This document shows positions 26,858 to 39,200 of a stretch of DNA of 64,000 bases, in pieces. A model generated the notes under the pieces. That model searched no databases. It worked only from the letters and a program-made list of their open reading frames with translations, and had not been told where the DNA came from. The stretch covers positions 986,282 to 1,050,281 of the forward strand of contig NMRA01000055.1 of NCBI GenBank assembly GCA_002633005.1, in the 5' to 3' direction. This DNA is from Phoronis australis. Taxonomy: Eukaryota > Animalia > Phoronida. A program made the position numbers and the translations under genes. Positions within the stretch are counted from its first letter, which is position 1. Every line of letters begins with the position of its first letter.

Positions 26858-29800
26858 ATGGAATTCATTGCGTTGTTGGCTCTCGTGGCGTACGCCAATG
26901 GTAAGTTATAATTTGGACGGATATAAGGGGTATTTGGGCAGCTTATTTTTTTAAAGACATGTTTGGATGAAAACTGCGTTACTTTGTACATTTAGCAACA
27001 TTTATTGTAGTTGTTCTTTTCTCTAATTGGAGGCAGTCACATTTGCATCAGGTGTCAGTTCATGCAATAATAGACTGTACTTCGGGAGCAAGTTTTCTGT
27101 TATACAGAATTTGTTGAATGCACGACACTTTTCATTGTTCACGGTCTTTATTCCGTTGCGAATTACATAGATAGGAATACCACCAATCACATTGCTAGCC
27201 CTCTTTTCCACTTCAGACATATAAAATTCCGAGAAAGTGGGACCCAGAGGAGAGCCCATGCTCACACCATCTTTTTGCAAAAATGCTTTCGTGGATTTCC
27301 ATATTAAGCGATTTATGTCCAGAATTAGCTATGAAGTCCCTGCACGTCGGACTGGTGTCACCAAAAAGATATTTTACAAAAATGTCATGTCTAATAATTA
27401 CCTCCAGGACGAACACGCCATTAAGAAAATCATAAGGGACAACGTTAAAGTTTGTAAGCCTGATGATTACCTTGATGTTATTATTTATTATCGGAATAGG
27501 AAGTCCTCCAACTTGGTCATGAAAAATAACATTTCTAAAGCGAAAGTCCGCCCCGTTGCACAGTGTAGTGTTGTTTATGAATTTGTATGCCCTATGAATG
27601 AATGTCTTCGTTCAAACGTCAAACAATGTTACATTGGTCAAACGGTTTGCAGTCTTTCCCGTCGGTTATCCATGCATCTTCAAAATGGCGCCATTCAAGA
27701 TCATTTTCTGCAATACCACGCACGTAAAATCACCCGTCAAGAAATTGTGGAAAACACGTCAATTCGCTACGTGGAGCAAGATGTGCTGCGTTTGAAAGTA
27801 TTAGAGTCCCTTTTAATTGCTTTTGAGAAGCCTATTTTGAATGAGCAGCAAACAGGGTCGCGCCGCACGTTACACTTGTTTGCGTGACTTTCCTGTTACC
27901 CNNNNNNNNNNNNNNNNNNNNNNNNNNNNNNNNNNNNNNNNNNNNNNNNNNNNNNNNNNNNNNNNNNNNNNNNNNNNNNNNNNNNNNNNNNNNNNNNNNN
28001 NNNNNNNNNNNNNNNNNNNNNNNNNNNNNNNNNNCATCGCTTACAAATATAGAAAAAAATACGACTTTACAATTTTCTCTGACAAAAGTTCATGTTGCAC
28101 AGGGGTACGTATTTTGTTCATGAAGTTTGGCGTGAACATGCATTCTTCGCGGGATCTAGCTATGCGTTACAAGCAAAGCACGTGATATCACTACCTTTCA
28201 CTCGCGAGTAGCTAACATTAATAAAGCATGCCAGTTATACTTATACACTGGTCCAAACCTACGAACTTGCGCTAGTTGTATGCTGCTTACATTTGAATAT
28301 TTTCTCCAAATATACATCTGCCAACATGGAGTTCTATGAATCCATGTAAGGCGTTCTACCGCCTGCCTAATTTATCTATTTATGAATTATTTAATTGATG
28401 TAGCGGTAGTAGTTTTTAAATTATTTCTTTGGTAAAATTAAAAAAAAAACATTTTGTTAAATTCTTAGAGTCCTTATGCTGAACCGCAACCCGAAAACAG
28501 TCAGAAGAGTTGAATGAAAATTATCACTTTTTAAGCTGATAGTAAAACGCGAATGCATACTTGGTATATAGAACTATTGTGAGAAGAGAACTAGGGAGGA
28601 TGCCTATCCCACACATTTGGCGTCAGTGCTAATCTGTTACTGTACATTGGAATCTGTATGAGGTTTGTAAGGCCTCATGGGGGATTTCCACGTGTAGAAC
28701 GAAATCTAGACCTTTGCGATGAGAGCGTACCGCAAATCCGGTTTCTTGAGAGAAAAGCAAGAAATCGCAAGATTCGCAAAATCCCGTGATTAAGAGGTAA
28801 GTATTTCGCGAGTATGCCCGGGATACCACTGAAGTGATCGGTGGGGAGGTTGAAGTGTTGCATTACGGGACCGAATTTTCGTACCATTGGTAAAAATTTT
28901 TTCCATTTGTCGCGAGTGCTAGGTACTGTATCGTCTTGCGGTCTACCGACCTCAACTGAAGTTATGGCAAGAAGATGTCGATTTTGTCATAATTTTCTGC
29001 CCAATCTAGAAATCTGCAACTGGTAGATTTACTAATAGATTTTTTTATTTGTTTTAGTCATATCTATAAAACCCACTCTGTGTTCCAAACGGGTGAAATC
29101 AAAGAAAATGGTAGCTTTAATATTTGATTCTTGCTGCGTGCCAGTATTGTCATATATCGTTAATAGGACAATGCGTCTTTTGTTAAATGATAACAAACCA
29201 TTTGTTACACCTTGAATGTAAATAAATATAGCATTTCCATAAACGTACCAAAATATAATACCGTCTTTTCATAAAGCAGTAACAATAATGACGTCAGGAG
29301 TACGACAGTCAATCACCATCCAACAAATAAATGTTCAATTTAATGTGCGTGGGCTGTGTGTCGTCCAGTTTTTCCAAATCCCAGTGACTTTAAAAGCTAA
29401 ATCATCTCAGAAGACTGAAGATTTCAGTGAATAGGAACCTACAACCTAACCACGAACTTGTTTACGCAACTTTAGGAACCGAGAACCCAGCTGCAACCAA
29501 TGTTAAAACCCTTGGCGATTCCGTTGAGTGGGTAGAAATTGTCGTTTTCGATGTGAAATTATTTTGCTAGTGGGCTCGATCGTATTTCTGTTCTGATCTT
29601 TTAAGATTTGAGCAGACGTACGACTTAATAGCCGGCAATATTAAACAGTCGAAATAACTTAGTCCCCGAATAAAGCTGAATTTGTGTCAGTAGTGTTTTT
29701 TACAATGCCTCCCAAGCGAGGGTATAACGTACACTCAACGTTTTCACAAGAGACTGAAGTCGACACCTGCGAGAATCCTATAGTTTGTTGGTGACGTAAT

Positions 29801-32800
29801 GGATTGTTTACTCCTTGAAATTGTTAATTACAATACGCGCATGTATGTATTAATGTTTATGTACAACTTTCATGTCATTTAAAGCCTGCGGAGTGGTACA
29901 AGTACCTACAGGACGTATTGTCGGCGGTGACGAGTCCACCGAGCACGCCTGGCCATGGCAGATATCCCTGCAGGCGAAGGGTGGATGGCTTCAGCCTTCC
30001 TTCTCGCATATCTGTGGCGGTACCATCATCGACCGTCAATGGGTGGTGACGGCGGCACACTGCGTTGACGGAAGGTAAGTGGACCAAGACGTGGACAAAA
30101 AAAATTTAGAGGTCATAAGCTCATTGGTTGTCTATCCAAACTGTTGCTACCGGTCAGCTGTGTGCCAGGCCAATGTTTTTGAAAAATGCTCCTTTGCAAA
30201 TACACTTATTTCAGCAATTACGCAATTTTGGGACGGCGGAAAATTACCACGATTACTGATTCAGCGTTGATATATGCGTGACCAGACCCACAGATTCCGT
30301 GTGTTTAGCTATCATGATAACAATAATGTCAAAAAAAAACTACACTTGATGCATTGCTGTTCAGTGCTATTTAAGTACTGTACCAATGCTTTATTTTGGG
30401 TGGTGATTTAAAATTTCTGTATTTTTTAGATTTCCATCAAATCTTGATGGACCTTGACAAAAAGCAACGTCTAATATGTCCATAAGCAATTGTTGACAGG
30501 ACATGGCATTGATTTACATGTAGCCGGAATACGATTATTGGATTGTACACACCCTTCCCTCTTTACATCCGCCTTTTGTATGCATTTTAAAGACTCACAG
30601 CCTTCTACAGGCGAATCGGTAGGCGGTTTCATTGAGAAATTATTGTCAACAGTGCTGGTAAGGTGTTAGTCAACCGACCGTTCAACATCATACGTATTAA
30701 AAGCTGCTGGGAATCTGTTTTCCATAAAAAACCATGCACACACAAAAGACGAACTTTCTGTCCCTGGGGTACGGTAAAATTTCACCAAATGATGTAGAAC
30801 ACAGTATGTTGGAGAATTGAAATTTTATCTCTTTATTTTTTAATAAAAGGCAGCACAACGAAAAACTTCTCTATGTCAAAGCTTTATACCAGATCATATT
30901 TTTTGAAAAATCGAAGATATTCAAAACAAAGTTTGGAGCCCTTGAAAAATTAAAAAAAAATTTGGCAATTATTTTCCGGAAGTTGGTGAGATTTTACCGC
31001 CCCAATTGTTCAGCAACTGACGACTAGAATCACCAAAACAGGGTTGATCATCCCTTTAAATGACTTGTGTTCCAAATACTTCAGCTCCACAAGCAGCCTG
31101 CGTGTCGTCGCCTCCGAACACCATCGTGGCACAACTAGTGGTCGGGAGCAACACATCAACATTGCAAGAATTATCATGGTGAGATTGGCTTAACGTTATA
31201 CAGGACCTTATTGGCAAGTTTGTGTTTAGCCAAATATTTATAAAACTAAAGATTTTATTTTAGTAAAAGTATAATTTTTGAAAGCACAGGGCTGAAGAAT
31301 TTTGACTGGCATTAGTGAGCGCGTTTTAAAGCTACAAGCAAACCTGCATCTTTTTATTTGAGCCGAGTGGGCCCCACTTGCCATTCACACATATTAGAGG
31401 TGATTTCTAGAATAAGATAGTTTTTGCTTGAGAGGTTTTATGCTCAGTGCGGACCAACTTAGTCTCACAATCACAAGCCTCTAATTTGAGTAAAAAAAAA
31501 ACTGAAACCAATTTTATAACACCACGTTTTTAGTCAAGCTATATTTTTGATTGAAAACATCTTTTTTCCACGGGAAACGCGTTAATAGCCGCTTCAAGGT
31601 AAAATAAAATACACGTATATGCATACGAAAAAGTTATAGAAGGTTGCGTGCAATGTTTCGGAAGTTTTTACAAAAAGCTACTTGAAAGAAGCCACATCAC
31701 TAATTCAAATCTTCAATTCAGCATAGTGATTACAACGGCAACGCCAATGGTTTTCCCAACGACATCGCTCTACTGCAGCTGAGCTCTGCTATCGAATTTA
31801 ACGATTACACTCAGCCAGCTTGCTTGCCCGATACCGCCAACGATGACTTTGTAGGCGCCGAGTGCTGGATAACTGGATGGGGAAATACTGCAGGTGAGAA
31901 CATAACATTCTGTCTCAGCGCCACCTATATGGAAAAGTGACCCTGTGTATTTATAAAGAAGTAATCCGTGTAGGGGCGTAAGAGAGCGCGTGACGTAGTT
32001 AGACGTTTATCGTATAAATGTGGCACGGGGAAGAGCCGGAAAGTGAATCGTTTTGTTCTTTTGTTTGACACCTTGTTAGGCGATACATGTATTCAGTCTA
32101 AACCGGCAACTATGAATTTTTTCACCGGTTAGGAGTACATTAAGCACTTACTGTAGCGCCTGACTTTTATGACAAGCTTCTTTTGTTTGGAGGATTATGC
32201 AAAACTTGTCGTTGTTGACTATCTTTATTCGATTCCGTTCGTATACTCGGAACAAAGTTCGATACTCAACAGAACATCGGTAAAGCAATGACCAAGATAC
32301 ATGATTAAACGACACACGGTATTTCGAAACATGCTTGTTTCATTCTCAACTGCAAATGAAATTACAAAGTTCTACCATCAAACGGCAGGTGTGAAATACT
32401 GCAAAGAATGACAAATGCAGGGGGTAACAGGAAAGTCACGCAAACAAGTGTAGCTACCCTGTTTGCTGCTCACTCCAGCAAAATAGGCTTCTCGAATAAA
32501 ATCAAAAGGGACTCCAACACTTTCATCCGCAGCACATCGTGCTTACATTTATGTATCTAATTGACGTATTTTCCACAATTTCTCAACGGGCGATTTTTCG
32601 CCTCGTGACAGTGCAGAAAATGTTGTTAGATGGTGCCATTCTGAAGGTGCATAGATAACAGACGAGAAAGACAGCGACACCGTTTGACCAATGTAATATT
32701 GCTTGACGATTGAACGAACTAAGACATTCGTTCTTAGGGCATACAAACTCATAAGCAACACTTCACACTGGGAAACTAGGCGGACTTTCATTTTTTATGA

Positions 32801-35491
32801 CGATGTTGGAGGACTTCACATTTCGAGCGAGATCCTAGCGTTATTAAATTCTACCCTGGTCGTTCAGGGCCACTTACAGATAAGACTGCAGGTTTCGATC
32901 TACTGGTATAAACAGCGCTTTAGCATCTTTCTCGGTACCATAATGCCAAAAAAATCCACTGCTGTGCGCTGGGATGTAGTAATGGCTCACGGAAAAAAGG
33001 CAACCCCCTTTGAAATATTCATGGATCAAAGACATCATCTTGCATATATTACCGACTGCGAAGAAACCGTGACTGCGATATCGGTCGCTGCGATCCCAGC
33101 CGATGTCAAAAAACTAAATTATTGAGCTCGACCTATCAAACACAGAGAGGTATTGGCAGTGGGATTTATTCCTCTATATTTAATTTAATGAACCACTATG
33201 TAGCCAGGGGCTCATTCTTTCTGCTTCCACTTTTCGTAAATTGTCTCTTAACCGAAATACTTTTGATCGGAGTCGCGAAATGACGTCCATTTCCGCAACA
33301 TTCGTTTGATGCTTGGTGAACCGACTCGTTGACAAGACCTTCTCTATAGGTGGAGACAACTGTGGTGTCCTGTGATGATAAGGGGAACAAAGGAACATTC
33401 GGACACTCTGATTGGTTGGAAGTTGGCGGCCATTTGCTTATGCACCACCAACGACAGTTACACACATAACTTTCATGCGCGCATACAGCCCAAAATATAC
33501 GGGGGGGGGGCTCGAATTTTTCGGTATGCTTACCTTTTACGTTCAAAAGTCAACGAGGACGGAAAAAAACGGGCCGCTAGGTTCAAGCCTACGAATTGTG
33601 CATCCGCGCAGAATTCCTGTGGACTTTGTTGACTTTTGTCTCGNGGGTACGCCCATGAGTTTGTATTTAATGTCCACTCACAATAACAAGGCAATAAGTA
33701 GAACAGTAGAACGTGATCTATCACGCGTTTCATCCTGTTCATTCCTGGTCAGACCAGCTGTTTAGGACAGACGTCCAAACCGAGGCATTTGTATTGATAG
33801 CTCTTTGCAGATGCACTGTAATACACAATACACAACAATAAATTGGGAACGTACGGATAACACTGAAATTAAAAAACCCTACTTCTTGGCATCTTAGGCC
33901 TTATTGTTTAAAATTGTTAGTAACTTCAAGCGAATGCAAGATAGGACACCTTAATGCCGGGAAGGATAACGTTTAGGAATGTTATGCAATCTGTAGACCT
34001 TATGGTACATGTAAGAAGATTACTGAAATCTATCCCAATTTGAGGGGCCGTGAACACAACACTACAAGGTGTTTTCCAGCCAACTAGTCATACTGCTTTT
34101 TGTTGCAGGAACCGGAAGCAACAGTGTTCTTCGGGAACTCAGAATCGACGTTATCCGCAATACCGACTGTGACAGAGCTTGGGGAAGTGGTTATATCAAC
34201 GATCGCCACATCTGTGTTGGCAACGGTGACAAAGGCGCGTGCAACGTAAGTGGTTAAAGGGAGTTTCCCTTACTTCTACGGTCGCAATCTGATGCATTCG
34301 GAACACAGCGGTTACTTTCGTAGCTTCAACTTTCCCCTCGAATGTGAACGTTATCTGAGGATGGAATTCCACTTTAACAGTCGCGTGACTTGCCGCCGCG
34401 TGACTGACTTCCGCTCATGCCTGGATAATAATCAACTTCGTGGGGAATTTGAGGCTACGAAAATACCTGAGGTGTTTCGAATGAATACGATGAGAAAGTC
34501 AGTCGAATTGGTGGAAAAATATGCCCTAGTCAGATAAAGCCGAGACAAAATAGATGATATTCTACAAGCGGGAAAGGGCTAAACGAGCTTCCAACAAAAT
34601 AGTGCGGGGGTAATAACAGGGGTAACGTGAGATATTTGCTTCCAGAAATTTTCGCAGATTGGGAACAAAAACATGGAATCCTACTCCTTCAACATTTCAA
34701 CCTCATTGAGCAATAGTTTCAGTGGCAGCAGCCATTATACCCTATTGTACCGCCCGGGGTTTCTAGCGAATATACTCACCTTCATTAGCGTGACCAATAT
34801 TTTGCGTTGTCTCATGCATACATTTGTATTGGACTAAAAGATTTGATAACATCTGAAATGTAGCCATATACGTATATGTGTATGTATACATACTTCTTTC
34901 ACTCATTTATTACCTTGCATTTGAAGCGACGTCATCCGCATCTAAAAGTTCGTTTCTGACCATATATCAATAGAAACTTAGGACAGTACAACAAAAACGC
35001 CCTCCTCAATTGACTCTGTCTTAACGTGCGCGTGTGTGCGTGCGTAGCTGTAAATGTGCGACTGAAGGAGCGTGCGTATTTCTCTGTTTCATTGGTTTCA
35101 ACGCCGAAGTTTTGGGTAGAGTTCAGTAACGCTGGGACCTACTGTAAAAAGAAAGATTTCGCGAGATTACTTGAGATGTTGTCGTCTATTTTAAATGAGA
35201 ACACGCGAGTTTGGTTGATTTTTCTAGTGGCGAGACTGCTACTGAACTCTACCCAGAAGTCAGTAGAAAGAAGCAAAGAAACGACCTCAATGTGTAACGA
35301 AATTTTGATGGTTATTAATTCCATTGCAGGGTGACAGTGGCGGACCATTAGTCTGCAAGAAGAATAACCGATGGGTTGTGGCTGGCGCCACCTCTTGGGG
35401 ACGATCCGGATGCCAGACCGAGGGCTTTCCCAACGTCTACACTCGTATCTCCAAATTCCTTAACTGGATCAATGGACATATGGGCAACTAA
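26858..35491 (+). CDS. Secreted S1A serine protease zymogen, chymotrypsin/elastase-like (resembles invertebrate fibrinolytic-enzyme type)
   Basis: 6 GT-AG exons in phase: 26858-26900, 29885-30074, 31085-31178, 31722-31893, 34109-34245, 35330-35491 (798 nt, 265 aa). Signal peptide [15 protein letters not shown]; propeptide [10 protein letters not shown]|IVGG; WPWQISL; catalytic triad TAAHC, NDIALL, GDSGGP; CWITGWG; SWG; PNVYTRIS. Confidence 0.95.
27070..27901 (+). mobile_element. Truncated, rearranged Penelope-like retroelement (GIY-YIG endonuclease on +, inverted RT/N-terminal fragment on -)
   Basis: The + ORF ending at 27887 has [10 protein letters not shown]...[19 protein letters not shown]...[14 protein letters not shown], a PLE GIY-YIG with CCHH. 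The - strand at about 27070-27280 has the PLE RT motif [20 protein letters not shown] and [15 protein letters not shown]. The 3' end runs into the N gap. Confidence 0.88.
32180..32826 (-). mobile_element. Degenerate Penelope-like element 3' fragment with pLTR-like tail (same family as the 27 kb copy, opposite orientation)
   Basis: 32421-32452 is the reverse complement of TACACTTGTTTGCGTGACTTTCCTGTTACCC (about 27872-27901). The - strand gives [11 protein letters not shown]. Homology continues to about 32826 with indels. The left boundary is approximate. Confidence 0.8.
32315..32352 (-). ncRNA. Minimal hammerhead-ribozyme-like core in the PLE 3' tail
   Basis: The - strand reads UUGAGAA-U-GAAACA-agca-UGUUUC-GAAA, which fits a U3/A8 variant of CUGANGA, then stem II, then GAAA, about 85 nt after the PLE stop. 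Stems I and III could not be resolved. Confidence 0.45.
34295..34483. mobile_element. MITE-like inverted-repeat element (relative at 45116-45378)
   Basis: Ends CATTCGGAACAC...TTTCGTAGCTTCAACTTTCCCC and GGGGAATTTGAGGCTACGAAAATACCTGAGGTGTTTCGAATG are imperfect reverse complements. Confidence 0.65.
35110..35259. mobile_element. MITE, diverged member of the GTTCAGTAACGCTAGGACC family
   Basis: TIR TGGGTAGAGTTCAGTA / TACTGAACTCTACCCA; the interior resembles 35892-36046. Confidence 0.6.
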
Positions 35492-35891
35492 TAGACTACA
35501 ACGAATATTTATTTTACTGTTGTCAGAAAACTATGGAAATTAACTGTCAGATAACGAATCCTAACTGAGGAGATATTAAAGTGAGAATTCAAAGCTTTGT
35601 AGTTAATTTCTGTGTAAGTCAACACTCATTAATATTGTAAAGAAACAGAAGACAACATGAACCACATCCTATCTCCGCACCATTCGTTACTCCCTTGTAG
35701 GCTAAATTTTGGCAAAAAATGACGCTGAGAAAAATGAACAATGTCTCTACCACACTGTATTAATTAGCAATAAACTGTCATGTCAAACAGCTAAATCACT
35801 AACTAAAAAGCACAAAATCTGGTGAGTCAGACGTTTCCTTCCTCTCTAAGGGTCTTGTTTATTGACTGGATTTCCCGCGTCAGGTTGATCT

Positions 35892-36046
35892 GCCTCCCGT
35901 TCAGTAACGCTAGGACCTCGCTAAAAGGCAAGACTTCGCGAGATTACGTGAGATATTGCCGTGCATTGTGAATGAGAACACGTGACTTTGACTAGCTTTT
36001 AGCTAGGTCCTAGCGTAGGTCCTAGCGTCTACTGAACGCACGCCTG
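35892..36046. mobile_element. MITE family copy (others at about 35110, 53793, 57017)
   Basis: TIR GTTCAGTAACGCTAGGACC / GGTCCTAGCGTCTACTGAAC; a very similar copy is at 57017-57173. Confidence 0.75.
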
Positions 36047-36107
36047 GTCTTATAATGAATTATAATGTCTTACGCTAGGGCTGTAACCCTTAACCTCTAT
36101 TCAAATT

Positions 36108-36254
36108 GGGTCATCTGGTTCTAATGTAGAACACCTCCTTGCCCTTTCTTGAGTACCAGTGTTCTCCTCTGGCAATGATTATGGCATTGCCAGAGGAAAA
36201 CACTGGTACTCAAGAAAGGGCAAGGAGGCTGTCTACATTAGATTCAGATGCCCC
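36108..36254. repeat. Long near-perfect palindrome/hairpin (foldback MITE-like)
   Basis: CCTCCTTGCCCTTTCTTGAGTACCAGTGTTCTCCTCTGGCAATG pairs with CATTGCCAGAGGAAAACACTGGTACTCAAGAAAGGGCAAGGAGG across a short loop. Confidence 0.85.
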
Positions 36255-39200
36255 ATGATTGTGATGGGAGCATTTATTATCCAAATTTTCGTTTTGCCAT
36301 GCGTACAGCGCAATTTAACAATCATTACAACTTCAATTTCAAAGTGCCAATTCATCACCCCGAGGTTGTACTTCAACAAAAACAAGTGTTTTTAAGCCAC
36401 AACTAAAGTCAAATAGGTGTCAGTTGTTATACCCATGAAGACTCTAGCTGCCCTAACTTCAAAACTGTATTACACATATTAAATTTATGTTAGTAATTTA
36501 TTTGAATGAAGTAATATCAAAGCATCACCTTTTTGAGAAGAAGAGGGAGTGAATGCTCTTACCATCGAAGTACACAAAAAATTAAATCCCACATTTAAAA
36601 ACAACCTGCGCAAAGATAAGACACCTTTCTAATAACCAACAATAATGAATGAAATGACCTTAATCATTTGAAACCGGTGTAAAATGTATTATTTCAATTT
36701 TGTTTTTTATTTCGTCTAACCCAATTGTAGCTTATTTTTGTTACATTTTAACTCCACCTTAAACATATGATATTTTCTTTGCCACTTCTTCATTTCTTGT
36801 CCAAATATTTTGATTGTATCATAGAGCTCTTGTTTACATGTAAAAAGCTCATGCTTCAACTTTGAGAACTGCTCTTCTAGTTCACTTACAATGTATACTT
36901 GACATTATAATGTGAATAATTTCGTTACTTTACATAACAATATTCTACAGGCAGCTATCATTGCCATTTAGTAAACAGTAGCTGTGCTCGTAAGTCAGAA
37001 CTGCAGCTACTCTGCTCTCCAATTTCACTTTCCTCGTCCCAGACGCAACGTGGAAACTTCTCAGGTCTGCTGAGCTTTGGTCAAACAAAAACACATTTTT
37101 CACAACCCTCAACCGTGGAGTGTTTTTCATTATTTCTTTCAGGAGAAGTATTGTAAGTCTCCAAAATAAGTTCTTTATCTTCCAAAATCTATTGCTTTGA
37201 CATGCGTGCGAAGGTGTGTTACTTTAACAAAAAAACCTTGTGACATGATTAACGTATTTACCTATGACCCCAGTAAAATATAAATAGAAGTTATTGTCAT
37301 TCATGATTTCCATGAACACAAATAGAAACTTGTGCTTTACCGAGATGACAAAAACAAGCTGTCGACAAGTCATTTGTGTCATTCCAAATACAGCAAGGAC
37401 AGAAGGCGACTCGTCCGATCTTGTGAAGTCTACTCTTCTCTAGTTGTGTCATTCTGATTGTAGTCTATCGCATAGTGAGAGCGACACTCCGTCAGAGCAA
37501 CAGGTACTTTGTGTGTCTTGAAGTTGTGCTAAAAAATTGTACGTACTTACTCAATTATCTGATCGTTTTCTGTTTCACGTATTTCATTACTTGCTTTCCA
37601 GCTTAAATGTTCAGATGCTAAGTTAGAAATACACGATGAGCAGGTATTTTGGTTGTTAATTTCTCTTGTAATTGAAAAATATTTGCGACGATGTCTCGGT
37701 GTAGCTCTTGGACGTTGTGTAGGCGATGCATCGTCTATGGATGCCGCAAGCACACAGGCTATGGTCCTGCTAAACCAACTTACTATTTGATTGATAAAAT
37801 GAAATAAAGTAAACAAGATGTATGGAAACAGTTACCGGTGAAAAACAGATTGGACATAAATACAATGTCAAAACTGCAATTATATCAGTTTCAATTTTTT
37901 CGGCTCTATGTCATTTTTATTTTATATCCACTCCTTTAGGGTTTATTTTTCATTACTCATTTATATTTTACTCTGCAACATATCTCGTCGCATAACCCAT
38001 GCAGAATAGGTTCCTTTAAATCAAATTTAACCCGATACGTTTATTGACGTGATGTTGATCCATGTAATTTCTACTTTTATATCAACCCATTAGTTTATTT
38101 TACATTACTCATGCCTGTTTTTATCAACCATGCGCTACTTACGCACACATATAAATATGCACATGCCAATACATATGTATATGCATATGCATGTATATAT
38201 ATATTCAGTTTAAGTCTGCTTTCGAACATCATTTATTTGAAAAAAGCTCATTTCAAATGAGAAGGTGTTCTTTATTGTTGTTCTGTTTACTCTGGGTATG
38301 TACACACATTAGGCATTTTTCCCACGCGCGTTTGTCGACTCTTGTATTGTTACAGTAAAAACTACTTGTAACTCTCTCCATAAAAAGTACAGTCTGCTTG
38401 GTAGATTGTAATCAGCTGATCATATCCGCATGAACGAAGCCAATTATCCTCGCTCGTGACTCGATGAATAGAGCAGCTTGGCGGCATCCCTTTGATAGTG
38501 AGCCGAGCGCGACTCAGCCAAGGTGTGTAAATACGGTCTAGTTCAATTTTCCATACCCCACAGTTTACCTTGACGACCGGGGTTAGGACCAATCTTATTT
38601 AGTGGGACTGTTCATAGCATCCCACGCGCGTTTGCCGACTCTTGTATTGTTACCATTTGTACCTTTCATTATTCGTGTAACGGGGCTCGATATAAACCAA
38701 ACTGCCAATAGCCTTATCAAACTATTTATTTCACAGATTTCAATCCTGTAACAAATAAAACAATATTTACAATGGGCTTGAACCAGATACAATTCAAGGT
38801 ATAAGATTTACATAGATCTGCCACATTATTTGTTAAGAGAAACACATAGTTAGCAATTCATCTATTTCACTAAACAGTTTACACATACTAGAATAAACAA
38901 AAAATAAGGAAACACCTACTAAGTCAATATGAGTTAGATGATCCTCGGCTGTCTTTTTGATTAATGATTCGTAACTGAAATACAAAATTATTCCATATTA
39001 TAGTAAAGTGTCAACAAAATAGAGCCACACCACAAACGGAACAACATGGCCGCATTACATCGCCCTTACAATCTAAATCATCAAAACCTGACTGCATGTC
39101 ATGATAAAATATAAAACAAAACACAACAGTCTGGAACTACATTTATACACCCTAATGACAAGTTTCTGATATAAATACTAACAATCTCAAAAGTATCAAA

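Noticed and set aside
32703-33765. ORFs of 70-140 aa in protease intron 4
   Set aside because: They are antisense to the PLE fragment or lie in unclassified repeat-like sequence, with no recognisable domain or splice support.
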